Source: Callorhinchus milii | Taxonomy: Eukaryota | DNA length: 64,000 bases | Direction: 5' to 3' | Assembly: GCF_018977255.1 (NCBI RefSeq) | Contig: NW_024704743.1 | Span: forward strand, 32,924,001-32,988,000 | In this document: positions 1 through 13,970 of the stretch, one piece after another | Layout: every line of letters starts with the position of its first letter | Position numbering within the stretch: the first letter of the stretch is position 1 | The notes under the pieces: generated by a model | What the model saw: the letters and a program-made list of their open reading frames with translations, nothing else | Told to the model about the DNA's origin: nothing | Database searches by the model: none | Made by a program: the position numbers and the translations under genes

Positions 1-1969
1 CAGATGAATTTTTTGAGCTGGAATGGAAGCTTTGCAAAAACAAATTTTCTGGGGAATTCAGTCTTTATCCGAGGCAATTGATTAAATTATACAGCTATAT
101 GAAATCCACACATTCAGGGATATATTATAGAAGCGATGTCTGAAAATAACTTTGTGTCAGTTGTACATTTAGAAATCTAAACAAATTGGCTATTTAAAAG
201 CTAATAAGCAGCGTGGCATTCACAACCTGAATGAAATTAATTAGTCCAAAATTGATAGATGGAATTAGCTGGAGGTTGAATTCATTTTGGATTGTGATAG
301 TTTTTGAGCACTGTGAGTAAATTGATCTTCCTTTTGTTGTGATGAGTCATAAAAATGAGAATAAAGAGTGTTTTGTGTTCACGATCACACAGCCCTCTAG
401 TTGGAGTCTTTATAATAATACAATACAAAGTTACATTTATAAAGCGCCTTTTACATCAGGAGTCAGATGGTGATGCAGTTTAATGTAACATAGTGGGATA
501 CATATCAAAGTGTACTTTTTACCACATACCAATCACAGTACACTTTGGATGTAGAGTACTTGGGAATACATTCTAAATGGGGAGGCACATTTATTTGAAT
601 TTATAGTGAATTAATAGCAGACAGCAATTAGGAATGACAAACCTGGTTAGTTTTCCCCCACTGGAGTATTAAAGTTACTTATATCCTGTCTCCTTGAAAT
701 AACATAATATGACTTGACATAACATTTCTTAGCTTAGTCACTCACATTCACTCTCAGCAGCAAAGCTCACTTTTCTTCCTATCAGATGACCCCATTATAG
801 CCCTAATCTAGAGTTAAACAGTGTGTTTCTAAGTGCTCCGAGACACTACACCATGTGACAGGCCCTATAGAAATGGAAATAGGAGCTGCTGGTTTTTCCC
901 TCCCCACCATGTGTTGAATACAAAACCTCTGCACCCATAACAGCAGCTACACAAAGTAAATTTCAACAATCTGCCAACAGAGAAAATAATATAAAAGCCA
1001 GCAAACCTGTGCCAGACTCACTATAAGCAGTAACCCAGCATTCCCATGTGTGTTGAATACTATCACAAGGCGCGAGGTTCAGACAACTGTGTAAATGGAC
1101 AGCACATTGAATAGATTCACAAAGACAAACACCTGCAGCTGCCATTTTATTGCACTTCTCTCAGTCTGACACACATAGCCTGTTACCCTTCCTCGGCATC
1201 TAACAATGGGTTTCAAGTTGAGGGGTGCAAATGTTTCAATCAGACCCCATAACTTTCAGAGCAAACCAACTAGAAATAGACCCATACCAAGCGCTGATAG
1301 ACTCCCAGTCTGATTAAGAACAGTGACACAAAGTTAATGATAAACCCTGAATAGAAATATAAGGGCAATGGCAGAGCTGTGGGTGGGCATTTCACTTGTT
1401 GAAGCTCAATAGGGTAGAACAGCCTCCACATTAAACAAATTGGAACTGGTGCAAGTTCACATGCACATTAAGGCTGTGGTTACTTGGCGAGATCCCAACC
1501 CATTGTTGTTGTAGATGAAGGAGACAATGTTCTGTAGTTTTAAACGTGTCACTGATTTATTCTAAGCTCAGTTGTAAACTAAGTTACAATTCATTTTTAT
1601 TGCCCTCCTGACGAGAAGTAGATTGGAACCACCATATTCCCATGGAATAAACTAACACTTTCTGATGCTCTGTGAGTGGAAGGGCTTAGATTGAATTCTG
1701 CCAAATTTAGAGCCACTGTGCCCCTGCTCTCTGGAACTCTCTCAAAATCTCTTTGCCTCTCACAACCTTCAATACTCTCGACTATGTCTTCAGTTACCAT
1801 CCACAAACCTCCCTCCCTCTCACTCTTCACACTTTGCAAATACTTTGTAATGTTATCTTATGAAAGGTGCTATGCAAGTCTATGTTGCTGTTGTGCTGAG
1901 GTACAGAGACAGATTATAGTCAATTTCAATTCAATTGTACTTGATAAAATCTACTAAAACTATCTTATT

Positions 1970-2390
1970 CGGATGAGGCATTAAACTTAGGTCCAATCAG
2001 ACTGTTCAGTTGGACATTAAAGATCCCACTATAAAAATAATAATCCTTACATTTGATATAGCGCCTTATCACGTCTTCGAGATGTCTCAAAACGCTTCAC
2101 AGAATATACTGTAAAGTGAATTTACTGTATATTGTGTGGGCAAAACACGACAGTGAATTGTACACAGCAGTGTCTATTCGAAAAGAGAAGGGAGTTTCTC
2201 CCAGCGGGCTGGCCAACAATCCTCCAAAATAAAATTGGTCACTCACTCCATAGGTGTTTTTTTATGGGACATTGTTGTCCACAACTGTGCTGCCCCTTTG
2301 CCTACAAATACACAGTCAATAAATCCTGTGAAGCATTTTGAAATGTCCTTCCAATGTGATAGGATACTATACCAAATGTAAGGTTTATTC
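1970..2390 (+). mobile_element. Old DeuSINE-like element interrupted by an inverted SINE tail (about 2038-2170)
   Basis: Deu-domain-like motifs (ggatgaggcattaaac, ttaaagatccca, tgggacattgttgt) and an L2-type tail. Confidence 0.65.
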
Positions 2391-4596
2391 AAATGTACAA
2401 AGCACTAGCACATAACAGCCTGAGATTCATGCCCTGCCTGGCAAACAGCCACCAGCCTGGGTGGGAGTTTGGGTTTCACGTCTGCGGAGCTAGTCAGATC
2501 ACTATATTTTAGTATTCTGTCTGTCTCAGAGCCAATTTCTCAATTGAAAAGTAAACAAGTGACTTCGCTGCATGAGCTGTTGAAAAAGCTGGACAGAATG
2601 AATGATTGAGGTCCCAGATTCACACTGTGCTGAGGTATGTAACTCCATCCAGGGTACCAGTCAATTGATATGAGGTTTCTAGGAGGAATGATGTGGGGAG
2701 TGGGGAAAGAAACAGTCAGGGTTCCCACCCATGGTAACTATCTATCAATCTTGCTTGAGGCATGTGTGGACATGGAAACAGTATTGGGTTTGGCTGCACT
2801 TCTCGTCCAAACACCGCCCCCCCACCCTCTTCATCACGTCCCACGTGTTTGAACCGCACTCACCGTCAAGCCTCACACGTGATTAATGGGTGAGGTACCA
2901 GAGAGTATCCAGCACCCATGGAACTATTCCTCAGTACAGGTGAAATGAGGGTTAGGGTTAGAAACGGAAGAATTTAAAAAAAGTTAGTTGAATGAAAAAA
3001 TTTGGAAACAGATTATCTGACCCCCACCCCAATAATATCATCATTTCTTTAAGACTTATAAGACATTGTAATGGTGTCACGACTTTTGGTCACAATGTAT
3101 TTAAAGACCGAATGCCCTTCGCTTGTGCTGTAAATATCTCTGGTTCTATGAAATACTTCACATAAGTGGCACTTACATGGTTTGTTAGTTCTGAACACTA
3201 ACTCAGCTTGAATCGCACCCCGTGGGGTTATTCAAATTAAGTGATCTGCTGCAGTTCACACAGAGCAGTGCCCACCCACTGTATCAGAACAGAAATGTGA
3301 CTCAATGTGGACTTGAAATGTGGGGGGAAATAAAACAAAAAAGCAGAGGCGGCTTCACAGTCTATTCGCCATGGCCCTGAGGACCTGGATTAAATAGCTG
3401 GTGCTGTTTGGCAATCAAATGTCAAATCATACCCATCGTCAGTAGTCCAGTTTCTGAGCCAGGCGGGTGCGCAGTATTCCAGGGCACTGCTGATGCCAGC
3501 ACAGCCAGCCTGGCTCATTGGCAGGAATTGGCAGGGCAGAACAGTCACTGGGGCAGGGACTCATTAGGAATTTGGACACCAGAAGAGCACAGTATAGGTC
3601 TCAGGTGTCACATCCCCTCAGTTGCATTGCTGCACTCACCAACCAGGTTCATAAATGAGCAGTTAGTTGGGAAGGTATGGGAGGGGGAAAAATTTGGGGG
3701 GTGGGGGAGAACTTTTCCTGATTGTAACATCAATGGTGCATCATAGATTGCCTACCATTAACTGTACTGGTCCAAGATAGAGTGCTCTTTAATTCAATCA
3801 TGTCGCAAGCAAACAAGTTAATCGCATAGAAGCAGAGAACCTATTGGCAAACCAGATTTGACATTTGAGGCAGGACATCAATTGCACAGCAGCTGCTGCA
3901 TCTCCTCTTTAATTTTTAACTATCTGCTTAACTGAAACAGTGATGCATATGGAAATACAGGTGCTGAAGGTGAAATTTAAACAAAGTACAGGATAGATGA
4001 AACTCTGCAGTTAGTTAACAGTTAAGTGTATGCCCCTTTACATTCATTACATTAATACTCCATCATTACACAACGGTTTTTGTTTTTGTACCCATTTGCT
4101 TTACTGGAAAAGCACTCAAGTTTAAGTAGTTCTTATTCTAGCTTGCTACTCTCAATATTAGATAAGGAAGCCAATAAAATCAGTAATAACAGTTTCAGCA
4201 TGTATTGTTTCCAAACACTTTGAGGTGTATTGGAAAACATTACACACGCACACAGGTATTTCAGTTCATTTTACTAAAATCTGTAAAGGTCTCTCATCCA
4301 GAACTAAACTAGCTCTACATCCTGGAAAATTACCGTCATGTACAGGATCCAGATACTCGCTCATTCCACTCCACTGCAAACTCACTCCACTCTGAACAGA
4401 AGGCAACATTGTAACCACACAGGTAATTGCTATTAAGTGTACATAGAATGAAATTAAACTTTCATCCTGGGTGGGATTTCTGAATTTGGTCTGGGAAAGC
4501 AATCCTCATTACTAAAGTTTCACCGTGGCCAGTAGACTGCATGGGAGAGGAGATATAATTATAATAATAATAATAATAATCCTTTCATTTCTTATA

Positions 4597-4773
4597 CAAT
4601 AAACTCCTGGTAACTCGACCCTGGCTTAACTTGTCACTACCACTTAAGTCATCATGCTGTCAATATCCCGACTGCATTTATTTATGTATTTGTAACATGC
4701 CTAACTCGACACTCCAGGTAACTTGTCACTGAGCCCTTTTCCCTTGGAGTGATGGCTTAGCAGGAATTTACTA
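4597..4773. mobile_element. Small Tc1/mariner (pogo/Tigger-like) MITE inserted at a TA inside a SINE tail
   Basis: Imperfect TIRs caataaactcctggtaa / ttagcaggaatttacta, TA on both sides, and the host SINE tail is colinear across the insert. Confidence 0.65.
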
Positions 4774-5684
4774 TAGCTCTTTAACACATCATTGAGACCT
4801 CTCAAAGTGCTTCACATGACTCACTGTAAAGTGCACTGACTGTGTATTTTGTAGGCACATTGCCATGGGTTGGTGTGATACACATCGGCAGAAGCCACTG
4901 TTTGAAATGCCTGTTATGGATTAGCTTGGATTTCTGCTATAATTGGCCTCAACACTTTTAGTTTGAGACAGTGGGGGAGAATAAAAGAGGAGGAATACTA
5001 GCTCTTTCTTACACGAAGGAATAAAAATGCAGACAAAAGATAAAAGATAAATATACTCCAGACTAACATATGAAGAATAGCAGCTTAGTTGAGATACTGA
5101 AACGTGTTTGGAACCCACAGAAAAGTAACAAGTGAGCAAAAAGAGAAAAATTAACAATTCAAGGTAAAAATAGATTTTTTAAAAAAATCAATAATGCAAG
5201 GAAAGGACATCCAGCCCTCAGCAGATTATGGCACAGGAAAGAGCACTCAGGTTTACTGCATTCAAACCAAAACAATCAAGAGTACAGTGAAGTTAAAGCA
5301 AAAACTGGGTAAAAACACAGGATCAGAGTGGGGGTATATTACATTCAGTGAAGCAACTGTTTGATGGGCTTTAAAGGAAAGTGAGCGTCACATTTAGGAC
5401 AAGGAGTACTTCAATTCAGTACTGTCAGTTATACGTCCCTGTCGGGGGGGGCTTTCAGTCTCTAAAAAGCTGAGAAAGGGGCAATGATGTTCACCGGTGA
5501 ACAGGCTGGCCATCCTTTTACGGTTATTTCTTATCTGTTTTTTACTCCCCACCCTTGAAACTAGATAACCAGTTGCTGTGAGAGAATTATACTTGGGTCT
5601 ATTGACCAACATTGGTTTCCGTGGAAATGCTTATTTAAGAACAGCGGCAACAAGCAAACCGCCCGAAGCAGGATATTTGCTCAC

Positions 5685-5755
5685 CTCAGTACCGAGTTTC
5701 TTCAGGAGGTGCAGGAAAAAATCATCCAGCTCTTTGCCTTCAATGTATCCATTAT
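5685..5755 (-). CDS. SCGN: Secretagogin coding exon 2 (EF-hand 1 loop and helix): (D)[23 protein letters not shown]
   Basis: Acceptor tttag, donor GAG|gtgagc, 71 nt, phase 1 in and 0 out, continuing coding exon 1. Closely resembles human SCGN 'EKGYIEEKELDAFFLHMLMKLGTD' (from memory). Confidence 0.93.
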
Positions 5756-8206
5756 CTAAACACAAACAGTACCACCATTACGTAAAACTATTGACAAAGG
5801 ATCAGTAAATGCAATATACCTTTCATATGTCACAGATTCTAATCTGTGTGCCTTAGATAATAAAACTTATCAGTAACAGAATGACGATAATATATCTCTG
5901 CTGAAGATTATTCTCAATTCATTATATAAACTAGTAAAGACAACCAAATGGGAACTCAGCCATTTTTAAGTTTGAAAGATAACATTTTGCCAAATATAAT
6001 AATGCTTCTGCCATTCCATCTAAACCCACCCCCACCAAGAGGTGATTAAAATGAATTGCTCAAGTATATAGAAATGTCCTTCTTTATAAACTAGTCTTTT
6101 TTTCTCAGTCTGCGTGTGGTCTCTACAAAGGACAAGAGGCAGAGATCAAGGTGTCTCCCTATTTGAGGACAGTATGTGATCAGCCTGTGTGGAGAACCAT
6201 TACTCTCTGTATCTGCCAAAAGTGACTATTGTAAAGGGCAATAGATTGTTCAGTGTACAACTTTGAGAAAAGGTAACTATATACTGACTAAACAATAATC
6301 CGAAAAATTCTTTGCATTTTACATAGCCCCTTATCACGTTGTAGAGATGTAACATTTAATGACTATGTATTTGTGGGCGAATAAACTATAACAGCTCATC
6401 TGCAAGTCTTGCAATAAACTGAGCGGACATTATAAGAAAACCAAAAGGACTTGCCAACAAAATGGCACAAACTTGTTTAAAAGATAGTTTAAAATGGATT
6501 TGCTGATAAATTGCAGTGTAGGGCCATTACATTGTGGATGTCTGTAGACTCCAATGTTTTTCTAGGAAGCAGAGATCTAGGATAATTACAATAAACCATG
6601 CACTTTATTCTGGAATAGAATAAAGGAATATCGTTAATTTACAGAAGAGAGGAGGCCATTCGGTCCCACTAGGTGTTGCCTTGAGACGTCCTCCCGATGT
6701 GCATTTGCTGTATAAATGCAATTTGTTTGTTTGGTGCTGGGTTCCGCTACTAGAGTTACCTGTTCTAATCCCATTTCCCTGTTCTTTTCCCATATCCTTT
6801 AATATTGTTCTTTCAAAGTACTGTATATGATCTTTCCAGTATGTGGTTTACCCAGTTCGCTTTAAAATACCGTTTATGGATTCATCTCAAAACTTTGTGG
6901 TAAGCTATTTAATATTCTGTCTAAAGCAATACAAATTTATTCTAGTCTAAATTTTTGTTCTGGATACAAGGTAAACATTTCATACCGGTTCATTTCAGGG
7001 ACACTGACAATGGGTTAACAATGTCTTATTATCTGGAGTAAACCAGCACTGTGCTCCCAACTGCAATGCATCAGAAAGGGAATGTGTAGAGAATGTTCAA
7101 ATAATATCCACACCTATTCTATCACTTCACAGAAAGAAGTCTGTACCCAAGGTAATGGTAAATTTATAATAATAATAATCCTTGCTTTTGATATAGTGCC
7201 TTATCACGCCTTTGAGACATCTCCAACCGCTTCACAGGGTATATTGTATTGGTTGATGTGGAACAGTTGGGTTAAAATCACAAATCAAAAAGGAGTCCAA
7301 TCTTTATATTAAAACGTGATCTTGATAGAAAATTACAGTGAGATTCACATGTGAGCTGCAACAGAAGAAACCTCCATAAAGAGACACTATGTAATGCATA
7401 CACATCAACAGCAACAACAGCTTGCATTTATATAACACCCTTCATGCGGGGTAATGTCTCGGAACGGTTAACAGTGGCAAAGCCTGACACCGAGCCAGGG
7501 GAAGTGGAGAGGTGACCCTAAGCACGGTGAAAGAGAAGGTCTTTGGGTGTGATCAGGAAAAATATTTTTTTTATATCATTTAGAAAGTACTGAGGCACTT
7601 GACCAACTAACACAACCCTCCCTGTTAGAGCTTTGGCTTAAACAAGGGTATGACTACATCTCCAAGTCTCACTGATAAACGAGGCAAGACTGATCAATCC
7701 CAACACTTTCTGGATTACTTCAGACCTACCTAACTTTACCAGGTGTGTCTATTTTTAACTAGATTTACTTAAACAAACAGCATTCATGTTATCACCTTGA
7801 AAGGGATACAAGCTGACAACCCACCCGGGATCTGAGAGAAATGGCCCAAATAACTTGGATGGCAGCTTTTGGTATATCCAGTGCTTTCAGGATGCTGATA
7901 GCTGGTCTGAAACAATTGGTTTTTATTTTCTGCCAACCTGTTAGCATGTGCCATTATTCAGTACACACACACATATACACACACAAAGAGTTTCCACATG
8001 CAGCAAGAGCAGGAGGAGATTAAAATTCTAATTTACAAAAGAGCAACAGATTGAACCTGAAACAAGTAAATTAAAAATTTAATAAAACTTAGTTTGCGTC
8101 TACCTCACTCTTCCACAAGAGCCTACCCTGCTTTGTAGTTTACCATTGGAGCTGGCGGAGAAGCTCTCCTTAACTTCATATGATAAGATGCAATAGATTT
8201 CATTAC

Positions 8207-8279
8207 CATCAGCATCAAAGCGTTGCCAGGTTTCAAGGAATCCAGCGGCGTCCAGGTTGTCAAAGCCCGGGCTGTCCAT
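8207..8279 (-). CDS. SCGN: Secretagogin coding exon 1: MDSPGFDNLDAAGFLETWQRFDAD
   Basis: ATG at 8279 in a gcagcATGG Kozak context; donor G|gtaatg at 8206. Matches the SCGN N-terminus 'LDAAGFWQVWQRFDAD' and lies downstream of CARMIL1 as in mammals. I did not find later exons in the window. Confidence 0.93.
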
Positions 8280-8700
8280 GCTGCTGCTAACTCGCTCAGC
8301 TCCAACTCAGGGCTAGGAAAGAGAAAGGAGATAAAAAAAAGTTTCAAAACACTGGCAAGGTTTAACCAAACAGCAGGAGCTCCAGCTGTTCCAGAGTTGC
8401 CACCGTTTGCAATAAACCCTCTGATCAAAGTGAGAGCCAGATGCCAGCCAGGCTCTGCCTCTCAGCTCTGCTGACAACACAGCAACTCCTCCCACCACAC
8501 TGAGTAGCCTCCAGTCCGCTCACTCTTTATGCACCGGCAAAGCTGCATTGAAAAGCTGTTTGAATAACCAAATCGGTGAGCTGGAGATGGGGGGGGGGGG
8601 GGAGAGAGCGAGAGAGAGGGAAGGAAAGGTGACCTGTTGCTCGCAGAAATATCGACAAGGCTATTAGTAAAACTGTCATCTGATTGATGGCATCACTGAA
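8280..8700 (-). promoter_or_regulatory. SCGN 5' UTR and putative promoter
   Basis: Immediately upstream of the ATG. TATA-like CATAAA on the minus strand near 8526-8531 and a homopolymer run at about 8589-8602. The TSS cannot be determined. Confidence 0.4.
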
Positions 8701-9019
8701 TCACTGCAATAAGTCTCTGGTTCATACACAGTTTCATTTGCAAATGAAACCCTCTCACATATTGCTTTTTAGAAATGTTAAGAGACTGTTTTTAATGTTT
8801 CGCATTGACAGTGACAGTAAAAGTAAAACATGCAGGTGTGTATGATCTCAGTGTAGTTGGACTTACAGAGTCCACCCCTCCTCCCCCCAACTCCGCGCAC
8901 ACAGAGTACCATGCACCATGCCCTTGAAACCAATTGTGCACAGTTATTTGTGTAGGTTGTCTCTGTTATTTCTTCATACAACATCAAGGTCAGCAGCAAA
9001 ACCTGCTATGTGACAGGAC

Positions 9020-9300
9020 CCCCCCAACACAATCACACACATACACTCCCCCCTACTGAATCACACCCCCCCACACACACACACATATAAACACAATTGC
9101 TCACCCCCACCCCCACACATAATTACTGATTTATCCCTACACACATAAACACAATTACTGAATCCCCCCTCCACACATACACACAATCATTGAATCATCC
9201 CCTCCGCCAACAAACCTACTGAATCCGCCCTACACACAATTTGTGAATTACGCCCCCACGCACACCTATTGAATTACCCCCCACTCCACACACACACACA
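9020..9300. repeat. Degenerate minisatellite, about 30-40 bp units of the form cccccacacacaattactgaat
   Basis: About 7-8 imperfect copies of C-run / acacaca / aatt(a/g)ctgaat. Confidence 0.7.
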
Positions 9301-11197
9301 TGCTTAAATGATTGGATGACCACCACAAAACTGTTGCCCCATATACATACTACTCCTTACCCATATCCACAAAACTATTCTCCACCAATCACTCTCTATC
9401 ACTTCGCATGTCTGTTTGGGAGCATCTGGCGACCATTGAGATACAGACTGACAAATGACAGCGTTCAATGTCTGCACAACAGTCCTCCCAATCGTGTTGG
9501 AAGTGGCTTATTGAGGAGACCTCAAGACAAATATTTTCCACTCTAACTGCACTTCCTATCTAGTAGGAATCCAGAAAAATATCCATAATTCCACACAAAA
9601 TGCTAAGAGGTGATGGATGGTCATGGATGGAAGTTCTGGCCAATGGGGCAGTGGGTTCTAGAATGAGTTATAGCAAATCACTATGTTTTGATGAAGAAAA
9701 ATTTACTTGTACCCAACCTATGAAATACCTGAAATTGGTAAACGTAATGAAACTGGATGCAAAGAAATTCCATCTCACAGCCTGGGTATCCACTTGTTAC
9801 AATAAGAAGAATACTTCCATAGTACCTTTCTTCAGAGCCATTTGTAGGACACGTTGCTGTGTTCATATTGGCTCTCACAAAACATACAGTCACTCTACTT
9901 TAAAGTACAGTATATCCAGTGAAGCACTGAGGCAACAAAAAAAAATTGTATTTATATAGCGGCTTTCAATTTGGTACTATACTAAATATAAGGATAATTA
10001 TTTCACAGTCGTGAAGTGAAATTTAACAATTTTCTTCTCCCTATTTCTAGTCCATTTTTTATTAACATTTAAAGACGTGATTTTTTTTTCGACTTTGGTT
10101 AAAATCTGACTCCAAAGGTGGTTTTGATAGTCAAAGGTCAGGGATGGTTGGCTTGTGGATCTCTGGTCAATGTCTCACACGTTCCTGTGTATCACAACAG
10201 GAGAACAATGCTGATGGATATAATTCTTGTTTGCGTTTAGATCAATAAATGTCATCATTGACACGCTAAGTGTTCAATTAATGTGTATCTTTTAAACCCT
10301 CTAATTTTAATATTTTACTTTGGCCTGCTTCATGCTCCTCAGCCGGTCTGCCTCACCTTTGACAGGTAAGCTTTCAACCACTTTGCTCCCACTTTCTGGA
10401 GCTTTCCCTCCACCTCCCTCCCTCCAATGTCTCATTTTTTAACTTAAAAAAAGATCAGGCTGCTGAATAGCTTCCTTCTGTTCACTAATTGCTCAGATGC
10501 TATCTTGACTTTAAGCCATCATTCCGTCTTTTGTCTTTTGCAATCGCTTTGGTGTCAGATGTCAAACACGTGATGTAACCTGCCAAATGTAAGCAGAGAG
10601 TGGATTAAGTTTACAGCAGTTAACCTCGCAATGGCAGTATGTAGGGACTGAGCTACACACTTAACTTTTATGTGCACTTTCAGTACTTTAGTTAAAGATC
10701 ACCTTTGTAACTAAAACCTTTGAATGGAAAATTACTGCCATTTTACTTTTTAAATTGAGATAATAAAGTTTATAACATGAAAGCTATAAACTTCCCTCAA
10801 TCTTGTGTGATTTGCTGTTCTGTTATCAGTCATGTTTAAGCAAACAATACAGCTTCAGCTAAGGGACAGTAAATGTTCAGGGATTTTCAAACTTCATTGA
10901 AGACATAACACACACGTGGATTCAGAATTGGTTGAAAGCAATGAAGCAGAGAGACTTTGTTGTCGCAGACAATCTTTGTGGTTAGATTATCAGTCCTATA
11001 AAATGAGCTTGATATGGTATGCTCATAGACTGATAACTGACAAATGAAGATAAATGCAAGGTACAACTACATATAGTATAGAACTTGTCAGAAGGGAAAC
11101 TGAAAGAGATCTAGGGGTGTCAGTTGATTCATCAGTCACTATGTCAAATCATTGATAGAGAATTCAGTTATAGCTACATATTGATTTTGGTCATACA

Positions 11198-11860
11198 ACA
11201 ACAACAACAAAATTACATTTATAGAGCGCCTTTCACATTGGGAGGATATCCCAAAGCGCTGAACAGTCAGGTGTCGGGGCCCGAGCATGGAGGAGGGGTG
11301 GTGTAGGGGTGAGGGAAGGCAGAGAAGTGGGAGGGAGACCAAAGGCACGGTCGAAGAGAAGGGTCTTGAGACCGGCCTTGAAGGATGTGAGGGAGGAAGC
11401 GAGGTGAAGGGAATGCGGGATGGAGTTCCAGATTGTGGGGGCAGAGAGGCTGAAAGCCCGGCCACCAATGGTAGGGTGGGTTCGGGCGGGAGACATAGAG
11501 CAGGCTGGAGCCTGATGAACGGAGGGAGCGGACAGGTTGGTAGGGAATCAAAAGGTCAGAGAAGTAGGAGGGGGCAAGACCATGGATTGCCTTAAAGGTG
11601 AGGACGAGGATCTTGAACTCGATCCTCTGGGGAATGGGGAGCCAGTGGAGTCGGGCGAGGGTGGGAGTGATGGGGTCGTGGAGCCTAGTGTGCGAGAGTA
11701 CATGAACTGCAGAGTTTTGGATGATCTGCAGCTTGTGAAGGGAAGAGTTGGGAAGGCCGATGAGGAGCGAGTTCCCGTAATCAAGCCTTGAGGTGACGAA
11801 TGCGTGAGTGAGGGTTTCGGCAGCCTGAGGGGTGAGGCAGTGGCGGAGTCTGGCAATGTT
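11198..11860 (-). mobile_element. 5'-truncated L2 LINE, 3' fragment
   Basis: ORF2 C-terminal peptide GGRAFSLSAPTIWNSIP...FKAGLKTLLF, 3' stem-loop and (TTG)n tail. Confidence 0.9.
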
Positions 11861-12573
11861 CCACAGTTACAATGAGAGAAAACCCATTAGTGGCTGAAAG
11901 GTGCTATGTGTAACGCCAACAAATATTCCTCCATCAATGGCTTTGTGGCTACAGAGACATCATGGTGAGACCCGGGTCATACAAACCAGAAAGCCTCAGC
12001 TTTGAACATGGTCTGTGCTGAGTTAGTTGTTCTTAAATTAGGCATGATAATAATAATCCTTGCACTTGATATAGCGCTTTTTTGACGTCTTCGAGACGTC
12101 TCAAAGCGCTTCACAAAAAATACTGTAAAGTAAATTGACTGTATATTTTGTGGGTGAAATGCGGCAGCCAATTGCGCACAGCAGTGATTAAGGAATGATT
12201 AAGGGCAAAGTAGCTTTAGTGTCCCTGAGAGGAAATTCAGTCTGGGCGCCTACTCCTGTTGCATAGACCCTGCTGGAAGGTGTGGGTGTTGAGGATGTCA
12301 GGTGTGGACAGGTTTGGTCTGATCTGTAATGCCCCCAAACAACCCATTGTTATTTACTATGAAGTTACATTCATAAATAATGAGTACCTGAGTGAGGTCC
12401 CGGAGGGTGTCAGCCACTAATAGGATCATATCCCTTGAAGGAAAAGAGTTAAAAGATTCAGGAGAGGACAGGAAATAAACATATTCCTCCTGAGACCCAC
12501 TTATTTAAATGGCAAAGCAGATTATTGAGCCAAATGGACCTTTGACAGAATTCCTGCATTTAGAATGATGTGC

Positions 12574-12985
12574 TTGGCTCAGTTGGTAGGACTCTCACCT
12601 CGGAGTCAGATGATTGTAGGTTCAAGCCCCACATTGGCACTTGGCACTCATATAATCGAGACTGTCACTGCATTGCTGGAGATGCCATCTTTCAGATGAG
12701 AAATTAAACTGAAGTCCCGTTGGCTTGTTCAAGTGGACGTTAAAGATCCTATGGCACTAATCGAAAAGGGAAGGGAGCTTCTCTCTGTGTCCTGGTGAAT
12801 AATCCTTCATGTAAAACTGATCATTCATTTCATGGCTGTTTGTGGTCCATTGCTGTGTGCAAATTGACTGCCACCTTCCCCACAAGTATAGTCACTCCAC
12901 TCTACACTACATCCTTTGTAGTGCTTTGATACATTCTTCTGACATGAAAGATGCTAGACCTAGACCAAATGCTAGGATTATTGCT
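12574..12985 (+). mobile_element. DeuSINE (SacSINE1/AmnSINE1-like): tRNA head, Deu domain, L2-type tail
   Basis: A box tggctcagttggta, B box ggttcaagccc, Deu-like segments gatgagaaattaaac and gctgtttgtgg...tgctgtgtgcaaattgactgcc. Confidence 0.8.
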
Positions 12986-13213
12986 TTTATTGGGTACTAA
13001 ATGCATGATTGGTTGTTCAGTGGTTGTTAATTACATCATTAACGGCACCCGTGTAAACCAAATGGCCTCAGGCACAGTTTACACATGACTTATAAAAGAC
13101 AAAAAGATTGCATGGGGCAGACTAGACAAGTATCCTTTAACTGAGCTGCAGTGAAATTTACCACATAGATATTTATAAATATACACTTCTGAATAACATA
13201 TTTGCTCATGTTT

Positions 13214-13537
13214 GTCCTGTAGCTCAGTGGTTAGAGCACTCGCTTTGCAAGCGAGAGACCTGTGTTCAATTCCAGGCAGAGGGCGAAACCTTGGGCAAGT
13301 TTCCTTACTCCACACAGAGCCTAATAATAATCCCTCCAAAACCCAAAACAATAATAAATTGGTCATTTTCAATCCACGACTGTTTGTGGGACATTGCTGT
13401 GCGCAATTGGCTGCCACGTTCGCCCACAAATATACAGTCAATTCACTTTACAGTGTGTTCTGTGAAGCGCTTTGGGACGTCCTCCCAACGTGAAAAGCGC
13501 TATATCAAATGCAAGGATTATTACTATTATTATTATA
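13214..13537 (+). mobile_element. Full-length young tRNA-derived SINE (SINE2-1_CM-like)
   Basis: tRNA head gtcctgtagctcagtggttagagc...gttcaattcc, Deu-like 3' body, L2-like tail, (ATT)n end. Nearly identical to the copies at 16944 and 41052. Confidence 0.92.
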
Positions 13538-13589
13538 ATGCAGAATTCCTTGCTGAAACAATCTGCAACAAATGGGGACAAAATGACAC

Positions 13590-13970
13590 TTATAATAATA
13601 AACCTTACATTTGATATAGCACCTTTCATGTCAGGACATATCAAAGTGTTTCAAAGCATTTACTCTAAAGCGTAAAGATGTGCATTTTGTAGGCAAACGC
13701 AGCAACCAACTTTGGGGGATTGCTGGCCAGAACACTGGGAGAAACACTCTTTTCGAATAGTGCTTTGGGATCGTTAACATCCACCTGAACAGGCAGAGAG
13801 GATCTCCATTTAACATCTCATTCGAAGGACAGCACCTCCAACAACATAGCACAATCCCAGCACTGCAGTGGAGTGTCGGTTTTAGAGTCTAGACTATATG
13901 AGCTCAAGGTCCCGACGTGGTGCTTGAAACCCACAATCGTCTGACTCAGAGGTGAGAGTCAGAACTGAGT
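13590..13970 (-). mobile_element. DeuSINE copy
   Basis: Reverse complement similarity to 12574-12985. Confidence 0.75.

Noticed and set aside
1..5684. SCGN coding exon 3
   Set aside because: No exon with suitable splice sites and an EF-hand 2 peptide was found; it probably lies outside the window.
9020..9300. CRISPR-like spaced repeats
   Set aside because: Eukaryotic low-complexity minisatellite with no unique spacers and no cas genes.
13214..13290. tRNA-like sequence, also at 16944, 19208, 34063, 41052 and 53412
   Set aside because: These are SINE heads that continue into SINE body; they are not tRNA genes.
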